A stretch of DNA of 36,077 bases from NCBI RefSeq assembly GCF_001194135.2, contig NC_068995.1, positions 42,178,448-42,214,524 on the forward strand, given 5' to 3'. The position numbers and the translations under genes were made by a program. Source of the DNA: Octopus bimaculoides. Its lineage: Eukaryota. Shown piece after piece: positions 11,608-24,451 of this stretch. Within the stretch, counting starts at the first letter, position 1. Each line of letters begins with the position of its first letter. The notes below the pieces were generated by a model. It saw only the letters and a list, made by a program, of their open reading frames with translations, was not told the DNA's origin and searched no databases.

Positions 11608-11994
11608 TCTTTTACTCATTTACTTGTTTCAGGCAGTTGACTGTGGCCACGCTGGACCACCGCCTTTTGTCGAGCAAATCTCCCTCAGGGCTTATTCTTT
11701 GTAAGCCTAGTACTTATTTTATCGGTCTCTTTTGCCCGAACCGTTATGTTACGGGGATATAAACACACCAACATCGGTTGTAAACGATGGTGGGGGACAA
11801 ACACAAATTATATATATATATATATATATATATTATGGGGTTTCTTTTAGTTTCCGTCTACCAAATCCACACACACAAGCTTTAGTCGGCCCGAGGCTAT
11901 AGCAGAAGATACTTAAACAAGGTGCCGCGTAGTGGGACTGAACATGGAACCATATGGTTGGGAAACTTCTTACCACACAGCAAAGTTTGCGCCT
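11608..11994 (-). mobile_element. SINE family A, full length
   Basis: Reverse complement contains head, CORE-like domain, (TA)n middle and tail. Confidence 0.9.
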
Positions 11995-12001
11995 ATGTAT
12001 G

Positions 12002-12066
<65 letters not shown>

Positions 12067-13090
12067 AGAATTATTATAAGAATAATATAGCATGATGAAA
12101 AGTAGCAGGTTTTCATAGTAAAGCACAACATTTGTTTCTGCACCGGACACAAACTTTAAGTTGCTGAGTTTTTACATTCATTGATTAGTCTTTAGAATAG
12201 CTATGTAACCAAATATATTTCAGCAACAACTGTGTGTAGATGCTTCCTCAGATGGAATGCTATCGAGCATATATATATATATATATAATTCGTTGCTATA
12301 ATGTTAAACTGTTATATGTCCAAATTTGGCCATATGCGTTTTTTTTTTTTTTTTTTTTTNNNNNNNNNNNNNNNNNNNNNNNNNNNNNNNNNNNNNNNNN
12401 NNNNNNNNNNNNNNNNNNNNNNNNNNNNNNNNNNNNNNNNNNNNNNNNNNNNNNNNNNNNNNNNNNNNNNNNNNNNNNNNNNNNNNNNNNNNNNNNNNNN
12501 NNNNNNNNNNNNNNNNNNNNNNNNNNNNNNNNNNNNNNNNNNNNNNNNNNNNNNNNNNNNNNNNNNNNNNNNNNNNNNNNNNNNNNNNNNNNNNNNNNNN
12601 NNNNNNNNNNNNNNNNNNNNNNNNNNNNNNNNNNNNNNNNNNNNNNNNNNNNNNNNNNNNNNNNNNNNNNNNNNNNNNNNNNNNNNNNNNNNNNNNNNNN
12701 NNNNNNNNNNNNNNNNNNNNNNNNNNNNNNNNNNNNNNNNNNNNNNNNNNNNNNNNNNNNNNNNNNNNNNNNNNNNNNNNNNNNNNNNNNNNNNNNNNNN
12801 NNNNNNNNNNNNNNNNNNNNNNNNNNNNNNNNNNNNNNNNNNNNNNNNNNNNNNNNNNNNNNNNNNNNNNNNNNNNNNNNNNNNNNNNNNNNNNNNNNNN
12901 NNNNNNNNNNNNNNNNNNNNNNNNNNNNNNNNNNAAAAATAAAAAAGACGGAGAGAAAAAAATATGTAACGATTAACGGTTCAACTTAAATTCTATATAT
13001 ACGTAGATCTATATGTATCGAAACATTTGCAGTGATCATTAAGAAGTCGCCTAATCGTACTTACTCTTACTTTTAGCTCTGTTATTCTTT

Positions 13091-13125
<35 letters not shown>

Positions 13126-13178
13126 TTCTATATTATGTGTTCATAATCGTACACACAAACTCCTATGCATGTATGTAC

Positions 13179-13358
13179 TAAAGAAAACAAAATCGAGCCA
13201 AATTCTGGTGATTTTCGTCGTCAAAAAATGTGTTCATTAGAAACCAAAGATTTTGATTAATTGGTAAAGCATTGAAGATAAATGTTCCAAGATAACCAAG
13301 AAATCTTTCCTGACTTGAAGTGTGGATTTTAAACAGATTCCCCATCAAAGCTCTTAAA
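13179..13358 (-). CDS. Candidate 180-nt exon (LRALMGNLFKIHTSSQERFLGYLGTFIFNALPINQNLWFLMNTFFDDENHQNLARFCFL)
   Basis: Acceptor gaatttttttccaatacag|, 59 stop-free codons in AT-rich non-repetitive DNA, donor TA|gtacat. Could also be a terminal exon ending at TAG. Confidence 0.35.
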
Positions 13359-14239
13359 CTGTATTGGAAAAAAATTCAGTTCACATGAATTCTATAAGTA
13401 TTCTCGAGAATGTGAATGAATTCTGCTTTTGAATAATATATCATGAAGCAAACACACAGAGCTATAAACAATAGTAGCGCCCGTTTTCTTTTTATCATTC
13501 CAAAGAGTATTTTAACCCAATATTTATATACTATTGTCTATAGCTTTATGTGTGTACTTCGAGACATACTATTCCAAACAAGAATTAATTTGCTTTGAGT
13601 TCTCTAATACATGCTTTGCTGGGCATAAATATTTTATTCATTATTTAAACAAGCCGCCGCCGAAAGTAATAGTTAATCTTTGTGCTTAGTTTAGGTAGCG
13701 ATTAACTATCGAAGAATTGTTCTTGAATTAAAGATGAGGAATTTCAGTTTCTTGGACGATTGATTAACATGCCACGAGCAATGTTCTTTTATTCGTTTCA
13801 GTCATTCGATTGCGGTCATGTTGGGGCACCGCAGAAAAAAATTAATTTTTCGCTGCGCGAACAGAATAACTATATATGTATTGATATTTGGTTTTATGTC
13901 AAGTTATATACATTAAACTGATGAATTTCTCAATGCATTTAGTCGCGTACATATTTATCAAACAGGCAGAAGAAAGTGTTTGTGAATTCAAAGTCTCAGC
14001 TTAAGACTGATTGATTGAGGCAGAGATGAAGAAGAAGAAGAAGAACAACAACAACAACCAGAAGGAGTTGAAGGAGAAAAGGAGGAGGAGGGGAGGGAAA
14101 ATGAGGAAGTGGAAAGTAAGAGAGGTTGGCGGAAAAGAAGAAACAAAGATATATATCTATAGAGATAGCTACATGACAGACTGATATCTCGCCACCTACC
14201 TGCATACCTCCATGCTTACTTGGAAGGCGGGTAGATACG

Positions 14240-14322
14240 TTTCTTTTATTAGCCACACAGGGCTCAACGAAGATGGGACAAATACAATGTAGAGCTTTTC
14301 TTTTTGGGAGGGGGAAGGAAGG

Positions 14323-14356
<34 letters not shown>

Positions 14357-14620
14357 GTGGTGTCGATCAAAAGGGATCGTAGGAAGGGAAAAAGGGGCAG
14401 TTCGATCAAAAGGGATCGAAAAAAAAAAAAGAAAAGGAAAGGCCGATCAATAGGGATCGTGTATCACACAGTAATGTTCTCGTGTAAAAAGAGGGGAGGA
14501 CAGTTTAGGTTTAGCCGTGGAAGGAAAAGCCCACGGAAAAGACCACGGTAACCTTGGTCAATATTCTCATTGAAGAAACTATAACAGTAAGTGACTCTCT
14601 TTTGCCTTTTTGTTTTATTT
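14240..14620 (-). mobile_element. 3' UTR fragment of the L1/Tx1-like LINE
   Basis: Reverse complement aligns with about 26970-27268 (ggttaccgtggtcttttccgtgggcttttcc...gccctgtgtggctaataaaagaaa). Confidence 0.8.
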
Positions 14621-14787
14621 TTACAGACAGATAGATAGATACATAGATAGATAAATAGGTAGACAGACAGAAAGATAGACAAATACAGATAAATAGGTAA
14701 ATAGATAAATAAATAGGTAGATGGATAGATAGATAGACTTCTTTTATTAGCCACACAGGGCTCAACAAAGATGGGACAAATACAATG

Positions 14788-14818
<31 letters not shown>

Positions 14819-15070
14819 CATAGATAAATAGATACATAGGTAGGTAGACAGATAGATAGATACATAAGTAGATAGATAGATAGATAGATAGGTAGGTAGA
14901 CAGATAGGCCCACAGATAGATAGACAGATAGATAGATAAATAGATAAATAGATACATAGGTAGACAGACAGATAGATATATAGATAAATAGGTAGATAGA
15001 CATATAGATAGACAGATAGATAGATAGATAGACATATAGATAGACAGATAGATAGATAGACAGACAGAGA
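14621..15070. repeat. Degenerate (GATA/GACA)n array
   Basis: Direct reading; source of several spurious YLSIYL ORFs. Confidence 0.95.
14739..14787 (-). mobile_element. 49-bp extreme 3' end of the same LINE, inserted in (GATA)n
   Basis: ttcttttattagccacacagggctcaacaaagatgggacaaatacaatg is nearly identical to 14240-14289. Confidence 0.8.
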
Positions 15071-15750
15071 GAAGGAAACGTGCACCTAGGTAGTTAGATC
15101 GACCGTTGAGTTTATGTAAGGAAACCTAGAGAAGTGACGAAATTGTGGGAATATCAGCAAATAGACAAGTACTTAACAGCTGCGAGTGAGTGAACATGTG
15201 CGTATAAATTAGTGTGTGTGTGTGTGTGCGCGCGCGCGCGTGTGTGTATGCGTGTATGACAAAGAGCATGTATAAGGGATTGTAGATGAGAACACGTGCG
15301 TGATAAATTCTTTTTTTCCTCTCCGTATGCACAAATCCTTGCGCTCGTAGGTGCCAGTGTGTTGGTGTTTATGTACACACGCGCGTGTCGAATATCTATA
15401 TGTATGTTTGATGCATATGTGCATTTCTCTCTCTCTCTCTCTACGCACACAGAAAATGCTGCATGTGAAAAGTTACTATCAGTTACATTACCACCCTCTT
15501 CTCACACGCCCATATGTGTATATATTATATATATTACTATTATATAACAAATATGTAACATTATATTGATATATACAAACACATACATATTACGCATATG
15601 CATATATCATATACAGTATATATATACATATATATACTGCAATAGATATTGCATATTGTATACCACTTCCCTATATTTATATTGTATATATTACATATAG
15701 TGTATGCGTATATATTGTTTATATTACGTATAGTGCATAGACACACACGC

Positions 15751-15786
<36 letters not shown>

Positions 15787-15796
15787 NNNNNNNNNN

Positions 15797-15839
<43 letters not shown>

Positions 15840-16341
15840 TGCATGTGTGTGTGTATGAACAAATAACAAATATAGGCCTCAACAGAAACTGGACTTGTAA
15901 GAATTTAAACAGGCTTAATGAAGTTTTATTTTACTCAAAGTTTTATAGGCACCGATGAGGCCTCTACATCCTTAGATGTACAGTGCCATGTTAAAGACAG
16001 TCTATTCCCCACCCCCACGCATAGACAGTTATCCCTTGACTATCGCGGGTGTTACATTCCAAAATCTCCCACAGAAATAATTCAAATCTAAAAATATATA
16101 AATACCTATAGGTCGCAGAAACCCGCGTTATACTGAGGATTCCGCGATATAAACTTACATATATCAGGCAGAAAAATTCGCGATGTACTGAGTAACCGAT
16201 TGGTGAACGGAGATGTACAGAGTGTGCGATATATGAACCGTGATATGGCCAGGGATTGCTGTATTTACATAAATATGAGTACATCTGCGCGCACATACCC
16301 CTATACATTTACTTGCATCCCATTCTCTACCTATGCATACG

Positions 16342-16409
<68 letters not shown>

Positions 16410-16476
16410 AGGGTAGCAGTGTTGGGTTGTGCACAGATTTAAGGGGTGCATAACATTTTAATACATACATATATAC

Positions 16477-16510
<34 letters not shown>

Positions 16511-16610
16511 NNNNNNNNNNNNNNNNNNNNNNNNNNNNNNNNNNNNNNNNNNNNNNNNNNNNNNNNNNNNNNNNNNNNNNNNNNNNNNNNNNNNNNNNNN
16601 NNNNNNNNNN

Positions 16611-16652
<42 letters not shown>

Positions 16653-17100
16653 ATTTATGCACACGCAAATACAACAGATATGTACGTTGATGAGGATGAT
16701 GATGAAAATCTTGGTCCAGTTCGACATGTGACTGTCCAGTTCTTTCGATGAAGGATTTATTCATTGAATTAATGTATAAAGTGGTTTAGTGTGCCGCATA
16801 TCAGTGTATCGCTAATGCAATTTCTAAGCCGAATCTGCTTGACTACTTTGTGTATAAAATCTGTACTATCCATTCGAAGGGCTTCTACACACTTTGCTAT
16901 CAATTAATTTCACTTACAACTTCTATATCCGTTCCAGATTATAATAAAGATACGTGTTTATCGTATGATGCAATAGGACCGAAACTTGAATAACTGAGCT
17001 TGAGCACACTTCTGTATGTACAGTTAAACATTCGTGTGTGTGTGTGTGTGTGTGTGATTGTGTGTGTGTGTGCGCCTCATGCGTGAGACCGAGTTTTTAA

Positions 17101-17610
17101 ATGATAATAACAATAATAATAATAAATGCCCTGATGCTGCGCCATGCAGTGTCACGCGTGGCTGCTGATCTTGGGAGTATAGTAAATATTCTGCTCAGTA
17201 CCATAGATTTGATTGTCAGTTGTTTGACCTTAACCAGTTGAGCTTATCCTGTAGTAGCTGACGATATGTGCATCGCTGATCACGATCAAGAATAGTGCGG
17301 GGAACATCATAGCCATGTACTGAAAAGCATTTTTGGGGATTTGTGTAATTCTTCTCTGGAAACATAGGCGTTTCATTCATCATCCTTAAACTAACCTTAT
17401 TCAAGGGCCTTTTGAGCGGGATAGGCTATTCGACCTGAAAGAAATTCTAACTGGGCCCCACCTGCAAGGTCATGCGCTGTTTATTTTGATATCAGAATCA
17501 CCATGTTGCGTATATATGGCTGTGATGCATGTGCCTGGTGTGCCCTTATCAAAGGGTAGTCGTGATGGGGTATATTGGGCTTCGTATATAACGACACATT
17601 TAAGGCATGC
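17101..17610 (-). mobile_element. Unclassified retroposon with (TTA)n tail
   Basis: Reverse complement ends cagcatcagggcatttattattatt. Its 5' part recurs at about 27835-27895 (gtcatgatgggtatactgggcttcgtata). Confidence 0.6.
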
Positions 17611-17633
17611 TCTGCTCTCACTCAATAATATAC

Positions 17634-17667
<34 letters not shown>

Positions 17668-18115
17668 ATATACACACATGCACGCACACACTGTTTGATC
17701 TATTATCCTCTTCCACTGGACTTTTAAAATTGTGCTGCCCGTTCTTGGGAACACTGTGTATGTAGTTATTTGTTATTAATTTGCATGTGCAAGGATCGGG
17801 ATACAAGCATTTTGTTTAGCATTCCATATGCCTTACTTCACTCCAACACATGCATCTGAAAAATGTATCCTTGTTACTATAAGCATAATTGTACGATTCA
17901 GTTGTAGAGGCTGTATTAACTATAGATTAGATTGAACGAATAACAAGAGAATCATAAATGCCTGTGTAATATGCGCATTTTTTCTGATTCAATGCTAGCG
18001 AAACAATTTAAATAATTCCTATTATTTTTTCCCTTATACATTTGTGAATGTGGAACATATAAAACCATTTCTTGTGCTCTACGTGTATGCAACCATAAAT
18101 CTTGTTTTTATTCAG

Positions 18116-18425
18116 AAATAGTTTTCGATTTGCGAGGAGAATGTTTACATCGTCGTTGTTCCAAAAACATGATTGGCAAGATTTGTTTGAAACAAACACT
18201 TATTGTTGTTCACTGATTGATAGTGATGTCTTGAAATTATCCTTAATGACAATTCTAAATGATGTTGCACCTGAACTCCTATTAAACTTATTTTCGAAAT
18301 ATAAAATTTTCCAGTCTGGTAGTTCAAAGAAATTTCTATTCTCTCAAAAGAAACTTATAACTGTGGTAATACTAGGTGAACTGCTCAGATTTTGCATTGC
18401 TATAGCAAAATATGAAGCCTCCTAA
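18116..18425 (+). CDS. Candidate exon or decayed coding fragment (NSFRFARRMFTSSLFQKHDWQDLFETNTYCC...)
   Basis: Longest non-microsatellite plus-strand ORF outside the Tc1 element, with acceptor tcttgtttttattcag| and possible donors GTG|gtaata or G|gtgaac. No family recognised. Confidence 0.25.
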
Positions 18426-18973
18426 GAATGAAGCACATCTCATCTACAAATCAATAACAGTTTTACTCCTTTAATTACAAAGTTCGATACTCTCAAAGAT
18501 CTTTCATTTCACGAGGAAATTAATAAAAACTTTTTTTTTTTTTCTGCAGTTGTTAGAAAAATTTGGAAAATTTTGTAGCATTCTTCACTTCTGAAAGAAA
18601 GAGAAGTGTAATATGAATGGGAATACAGTTGTTTCAATTCACCTCCTGACATACTTCCTCCTATATATATTTGTGGACTTCATCACAAATTAGATTGTCC
18701 ACAAACTTTGAATACTGTCAGTGAAACACACACGTACACTATCTATCTATCTATCTAGCTAGTTACCTACCTACCTGCCTGCTTGTCTATCTGTCCACAC
18801 ACGCAAAAATGAATGAATTACAACAGATGGATAATATTCAATTAACTACAGCTGTTTCCAACGTATTTTTAATTGATTAATGGAGACATTACATCATTAG
18901 AAAAAACCGGTGCCTTACTAGTTAAGTGCTTGATTCACTTAAATCCTGATCTGTCACATAAATATATATATCT

Positions 18974-19019
<46 letters not shown>

Positions 19020-19570
19020 GCAATATCGTTGTGGGTGAACTACTTCAGCGTCTTAAAGAACATAATAAATTTTACAGAAATTAGAAGTAATTCTAAGTTA
19101 AAAATTCCCTCCGTGGGTGCTTAAAATCTGAAACAACCACAGACGTTAACTCGCCTTATGAACATTTTTGAAGTTAATAGTAATGCATTAAGGAGTGAAG
19201 TTTCTCTTTAAAGCCAACTCATAAAAGCAGCATCCATGTTCCAACTTTGTTAGAACATATTAACGAGGCATTAACACGCACACACAAACACACACACGCA
19301 CTCATATGTATACTGGGAGAGAGAAAGATAGAGAGAGAGAGAGAGAGAAAGAGATGAATAGACAGACTGATAGTTAAATAGATTAAGAAACAAAAGATAT
19401 ATGAATAAATAGATACGCATAAGGACAGAAAGAATATATAAATAGATACACAGATACTAAATAGAATAGAATAGAGAGATAGATAGACAGACAGACAGAT
19501 AGATAAATAGATACATACATACATTTCTTTTAGATAGGTAGATAGATTGATAGGTAGATAAATAGATAAA

Positions 19571-19984
19571 GCACTGCCTTTAATCGAACAAATCCTAGTC
19601 GAATAAGCTTAGTACTTATTCTATCGTCTCTATTGCCGAACCAATATGTTACGGAGACATAAACACACCAGCATCTGTTATCATGCGATGATAGGGGGGG
19701 GGGGACAAACACAGANNNNNNNNNNGAGACATAAACACACCAGCATCTGTTATCATGCGATGATAGGGGGGGGGGGACAAACACAGACGCACAAATATAT
19801 GCATATATTTATGTATAGATGACACGCTTCTTTCAGTTTCCGTCAACCAAATCCACTCAAAAGGGTTTTGGTCGGCACGAGGTTATAGCAGAAGACACTT
19901 GTCTAAGTTGCTACGCAGTGGGACTGAACCTGGAACCATGTAGTTTGGAAGCAAGTTTCTTACCACACAGCTACGCTTGCACCT
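19571..19984 (-). mobile_element. SINE family A spanning a 10-N gap
   Basis: Head ...ttaccacacagctac, CORE-like segment and tail portion present. Confidence 0.85.
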
Positions 19985-20679
19985 ATGTATATATCGACAG
20001 ACAGACAGACTGATACGTAGATTGGTAGATAGAAAGGTGGGCAGTTACATAGACAGGTACATTGATAGTTTGGTAGAAAGAAAGATACGTAGACAGATAG
20101 GTTGATAGACAAATTAGTAAACAGACAGTTACGTAGATAGATAGATAGATAGAGAGAGAGATAGATAGATAGAATGAAAGACAGTTAGAATGAAAGCGAC
20201 TGATGCTGGTCGGCGAATTGCAGATTGCAGGTACAAAGGAAGATATGCGATAGGGAAATAAGAAAAGCGATTGAAAGACGAGTGTAGGAGGGATTGATGG
20301 AAGAAGTGAGTTTGTAGATTGAGGAGTAGGAGGAGTTAGAGTCTGGTGAAATCTGTTTCGCTGGATTGTCAGTAAGGTGGGATTTGTTGGCAGAAGTGAA
20401 TTTGGGGAAGTAGGAGGAAGGGAAATTAGAGATATGGTTGTGGTTCTGATTTAGAGAGTAGGATGTACTGTAAGAGAAGGAGATATTGAGGAGGTTTGTG
20501 AGACATAGATAGCTAAATACTTAGATAGATAGATAGATAGATAGATAGAACTGGAAATAGGGTGAGGGGAAAGAATTCATTTGTTGGCTGTGACACGGAG
20601 AGAGTGATGGAGAGAGAAAGACAGAAAGGCGGAAAAGTATGTAGAGAAAAAGATGAAGAAAGAAGTAGAGCGTGTGTAG

Positions 20680-20920
<241 letters not shown>

Positions 20921-20959
20921 TAGTATTGATAAGATCAATGGAAATTACTGTTATAATTC

Positions 20960-21150
20960 AGTCTTCGATTGACCAAACATTCCAGCCACGACCATGCTGC
21001 CGATTTCCTGTGAATAGGAAACTCCGAATGACATTATCAAATATGTAGCCCTTAGTTTTAAACTGGTTGGATATGATTTGAGTGCGATTTCGCTGCTATA
21101 TTTTGCAGATTGCGTGACTACGTTGAAGCCACCCTATTGGCTCGATGATT
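20960..21150 (+). repeat. Unclassified dispersed repeat (cattccagccacgacc...gatttggctgctatt family); related pieces at about 2190-2360, 10580-10670 and 25685-25835
   Basis: Shared motifs aa(a/c)cattccag and attt(g/c)gctgctat between copies. Confidence 0.5.
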
Positions 21151-21182
21151 TTATTTCCTAGTTATACCAGCACGAGCAGACT

Positions 21183-21566
21183 TACTCTTTTACTCTTTTA
21201 CTTGTTTCAGTCATTTGACTGCGGCCATGCTGGAGCACCACCTTTAGTCTAGCAAATCGACCCCAGGACTTATTCTTTGTAAGCCTAGTACTTATTCTAT
21301 CGCTCTCTTTTGCCGAAACGCTAAGTTACGGGGACGTAAACACACCAGCATGGGTTGTCAAGCGATGTTGGGGGGACAAACGCAGACACACAAACACACA
21401 TATATATATATACATATATACGACGGTCTTCTTTCAGTTTCCGTCTACCAAATCCGCTCACAAAGTTTTGGTCAGCTCGAGGCTATAGTAGAAGACTCTT
21501 GCCCAAAGTGCCATGAAGTGGTTCAAATGACTGAAACAAGTAAAAGAGTAAAGGAGAGTAAAGAGT
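21183..21566 (-). mobile_element. SINE family A lacking its head and capped by an inverted copy of its own tail
   Basis: Minus-strand copy 21183 to about 21520, then plus-strand tcaaatgactgaaacaagtaaaagagt at 21523-21549. Confidence 0.85.
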
Positions 21567-21589
21567 ATATATTTAAAGTCTGTCATACC

Positions 21590-21633
21590 GGCCATGATGA
21601 AATACCACAAGGTATAGAAAATACGTATTCGCC
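21590..21633 (+). ncRNA. Degenerate minimal hammerhead-like motif
   Basis: GGC-CAUGAUGA-A-AUACC-ACAA-GGUAU-A-GAAA-AUACGUAU-U-C-GCC. Palindromic stem III AAUACGUAUU and AUC-type triplet UUC; the core has one extra or changed base and pair 10.1-11.1 is A-A. Confidence 0.45.
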
Positions 21634-21913
21634 TTTATATATTTAATCCTTTATATTGAACACTCAATATTTCATCTATTCAATAAGACATATTCCATAT
21701 ATTCAATAAGACATTCAATACTTTATTTCATTGTACCATCCATTTTTATTTTATATTATATTATATATTCCATATTCTATATCCCACATTGGTTTTGCAG
21801 GAATATAAATAAAACATAAAAAACAGACAGTGTTGGAACTCTTTTAAACAAAATAATATATTCCTCTATACACAATCATACAAAACCCCCCTTTTTTTGT
21901 ATTTATTTTTACT

Positions 21914-21968
<55 letters not shown>

Positions 21969-22022
21969 ATGTATGTATGTATGTGTTTGTGTGTGTGTGT
22001 GTGTGTGTATGGTGAAATATTG

Positions 22023-22232
22023 GTTTCAAATATTGGCACAAGACCAACAAGCTCAAGTAAGTGAGTAAGTTGATTACACTGATCTCAGTGCTCAACTGGT
22101 ACTTCATTTATCAACCCCGAAAGGAGGAAAGGCACAGCCGATCTCGGCGGCATTTGAACCCAGAACGTAAAAACTGACGAGATGCCGCTAAGCATTTTTC
22201 CAGGCGCGCTAACGATTTTGCCAGCTCGCCGC
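22023..22232 (-). mobile_element. SINE family B, full length, 15-bp TSD TATGGTGAAATATTG
   Basis: TSD at 22008-22022 and 22245-22259, with (TA)n between the 5' end and the TSD. Confidence 0.9.
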
Positions 22233-22702
22233 TTTATATATATATATGGTGAAATATTGAATGTCAACGATATGGTTATGGAGAATAGCTCAAAGACGCG
22301 TTCTGCATACGGAACACATCTGTGGCAGAATCTAACAAACAATAGTAGTAGGTTAAAAGCATTCGATTACCTCAGATTAATCGAACGATCATTACGAAAC
22401 AACAAAAAAATTACTGGCAGGGGAAATAATTCCTCGAAAATAGGTTGACTGAAATATTCAGAGATTATAAACGATTTAAAATAAAGCGACTCTGATGTGA
22501 CAATCTGTGAACTAGAAGGCTTGTTGCTGGTCAATGGACTACAATGATCGGTTAATGACATTGTTGTAGGCCGGTACCTCGAGCCGTTTCTAAAATACCA
22601 GTAGCATCAATAACCGTAGAGCTGAGGCCCCGAGGGAAGTTGTTATCCCAATGTGCAGCAAATTCAGTTTCAGAGAAGAGAGGGGGAGAAATATATATAT
22701 AT

Positions 22703-22786
22703 GCACATGGTTCCAGGTTCAGTCCCACTGTGTGGCATCTTAGGCAAGAGTCTTCTACTATAGCCTCGGGCCGATTAAAGACCGTC

Positions 22787-22846
<60 letters not shown>

Positions 22847-22979
22847 NNNNNNNNNNNNNNNNNNNNNNNNNNNNNNNNNNNNNNNNNNNNNNNNNNNNNN
22901 NNNNNNNNNNNNNNNNNNNNNNNNNNNNNNNNNNNNNNNNNNNNNNNNNNNNNNNNNNNNNNNNNNNNNNNNNNNNNNN

Positions 22980-23040
<61 letters not shown>

Positions 23041-23258
23041 CTGTGTGGCTTTGTGTCTGTTTGTCCTCCCTCCATCGCTTGACCACCGATGTTGGTGTGT
23101 TTATGTCCCGGAACATAGCGGTTCGGCAAAAGAAACCGATAGAATAAGTACTTGGCTTACAAAGAATAAGTCCAAGGGTCGATTTGTTTTACTGAAGGTG
23201 GTGCTCCGGCATGGCCGCAGTCAAATGACTGAAACGTGTAATAGAGTAAAAGAGTATA
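22703..23258 (+). mobile_element. SINE family A with an internal deletion, spanning an N gap
   Basis: cacatggttccaggttcagtccc...tail aatagagtaaaagagta. Confidence 0.85.
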
Positions 23259-24123
23259 CATGCATATAACCATTTGTGTGTGTGTGTGTGTGTGTGTGTA
23301 CTGTTGGCATTACTGTGCTATATTTCTGTGTGTAACTATAGTAGTGAACAAGACAAAACTGATTCACATGTACATGAAATGTGGCATGTTTAAATATAGC
23401 AGGACATGTTGTATCAACGCCGTCGTGGTGCATATTATAACTGATGCATTTCACATGTGCATTAAATACTGCATATGCATCGAACTGCATTAAGATCAAC
23501 CGAAATAGACGGATATTACAACACATTTACACACTGTGACGTGACTAAAATACATGTATATATATAGAAAGAGGTACCGCATTAGCGCATTCGCTGTGTA
23601 TATACGTGCATATACACATGTACATGTGTGTAAGTATGTACGTATCAATTCATGTAAGTAAATTTGTATGCATGTATACATACGCAAACAAATGTAGGTA
23701 GATAGTCATACAGTACCTGCTCGTTTATGGAGAATGTTATAGCTGTTTGTATGTGGTTTCCAAAATATATTTGGGCGATGTATGTATATGTGTGTGCGCG
23801 TGCGCGTGTGTGCGTGTGTGTGTGTGCGCGTGTGTGCGTGTGCGTGTGCGTGTGCGTGTGTGTCTTTGNNNNNNNNNNNNNNNNNNNNNNNNNNNNNNNN
23901 NNNNNNNNNNNNNNNNNNNNNNNNNNNNNNNNNNNNNNNNNNNNNNNNNNNNNNNNNNNNNNNNNNNNNNNNNNNNNNNNNNNNNNNNNNNNNNNAGCTG
24001 TTTGTATGTGGTTTCCAAAATATATTTGGGCGATGTATGTATATGTGCGTGCGTGTGTGTGTGCACGCGTGCATGTATAAGTGTTTGTGAGGCTGCTACA
24101 TTTAAAACAGATGCAGGACGTAC

Positions 24124-24257
24124 TGCAAAGTTATAGATGATAGGAAAGGCGCTCAACCCAAAGAAACAACATAAGATCAAATCGTGGTCCTTCAACCTGT
24201 CAAAGACGACAGCAACTCTTGATAAAAACCGCTTAGGATCATTCGTGCAAACCAGGT
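24124..24257 (-). CDS. Candidate 134-nt exon (LVCTNDPKRFLSRVAVVFDRLKDHDLILCCFFGLSAFPIIYNFA)
   Basis: Acceptor cgtttcatacctaag|, stop-free frame, strong donor GCA|gtacgt; phase 1 to 0. Confidence 0.35.
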
Positions 24258-24451
24258 CTTAGGTATGAAACGACCAATGAAACAGATCCATGTGTTTTAA
24301 TTTTATATTAGTTTTGATTGCATCGTCATTTCTCTCCCATTTCTAACAAAACTGTCCGATGAACGGGAACGTGAAACTCCGAGTAACAGTCTTTTTTGTT
24401 ATATTTCAGCTGCTTTTAAATAAAGTATATATATATATATACATATATATA

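Noticed and set aside
12205-12256. Minus-strand CUGAGGA-AGCA...UGCU-GAAA-UAUAU hammerhead-like string
   Set aside because: Stem I has only 3 bp with a bulge, and there is no element context; likely chance.
16678-16751. Plus-strand mini ORF DMYVDEDDDENLGPVRHVTVQFFR* after a cag
   Set aside because: Weak acceptor, partly GAT repeat, no upstream partner exon identifiable.
19656-19785. About 60-bp direct repeat across a 10-N gap
   Set aside because: Identical sequence on both sides of the gap is an unmerged contig overlap. The same applies to about 30706-30940 and 23740-24050.
23790-23865. Alternating (GT/GC)n tract with Z-DNA potential, also about 15212-15250
   Set aside because: Ordinary microsatellite in a genome full of them; no specific context.
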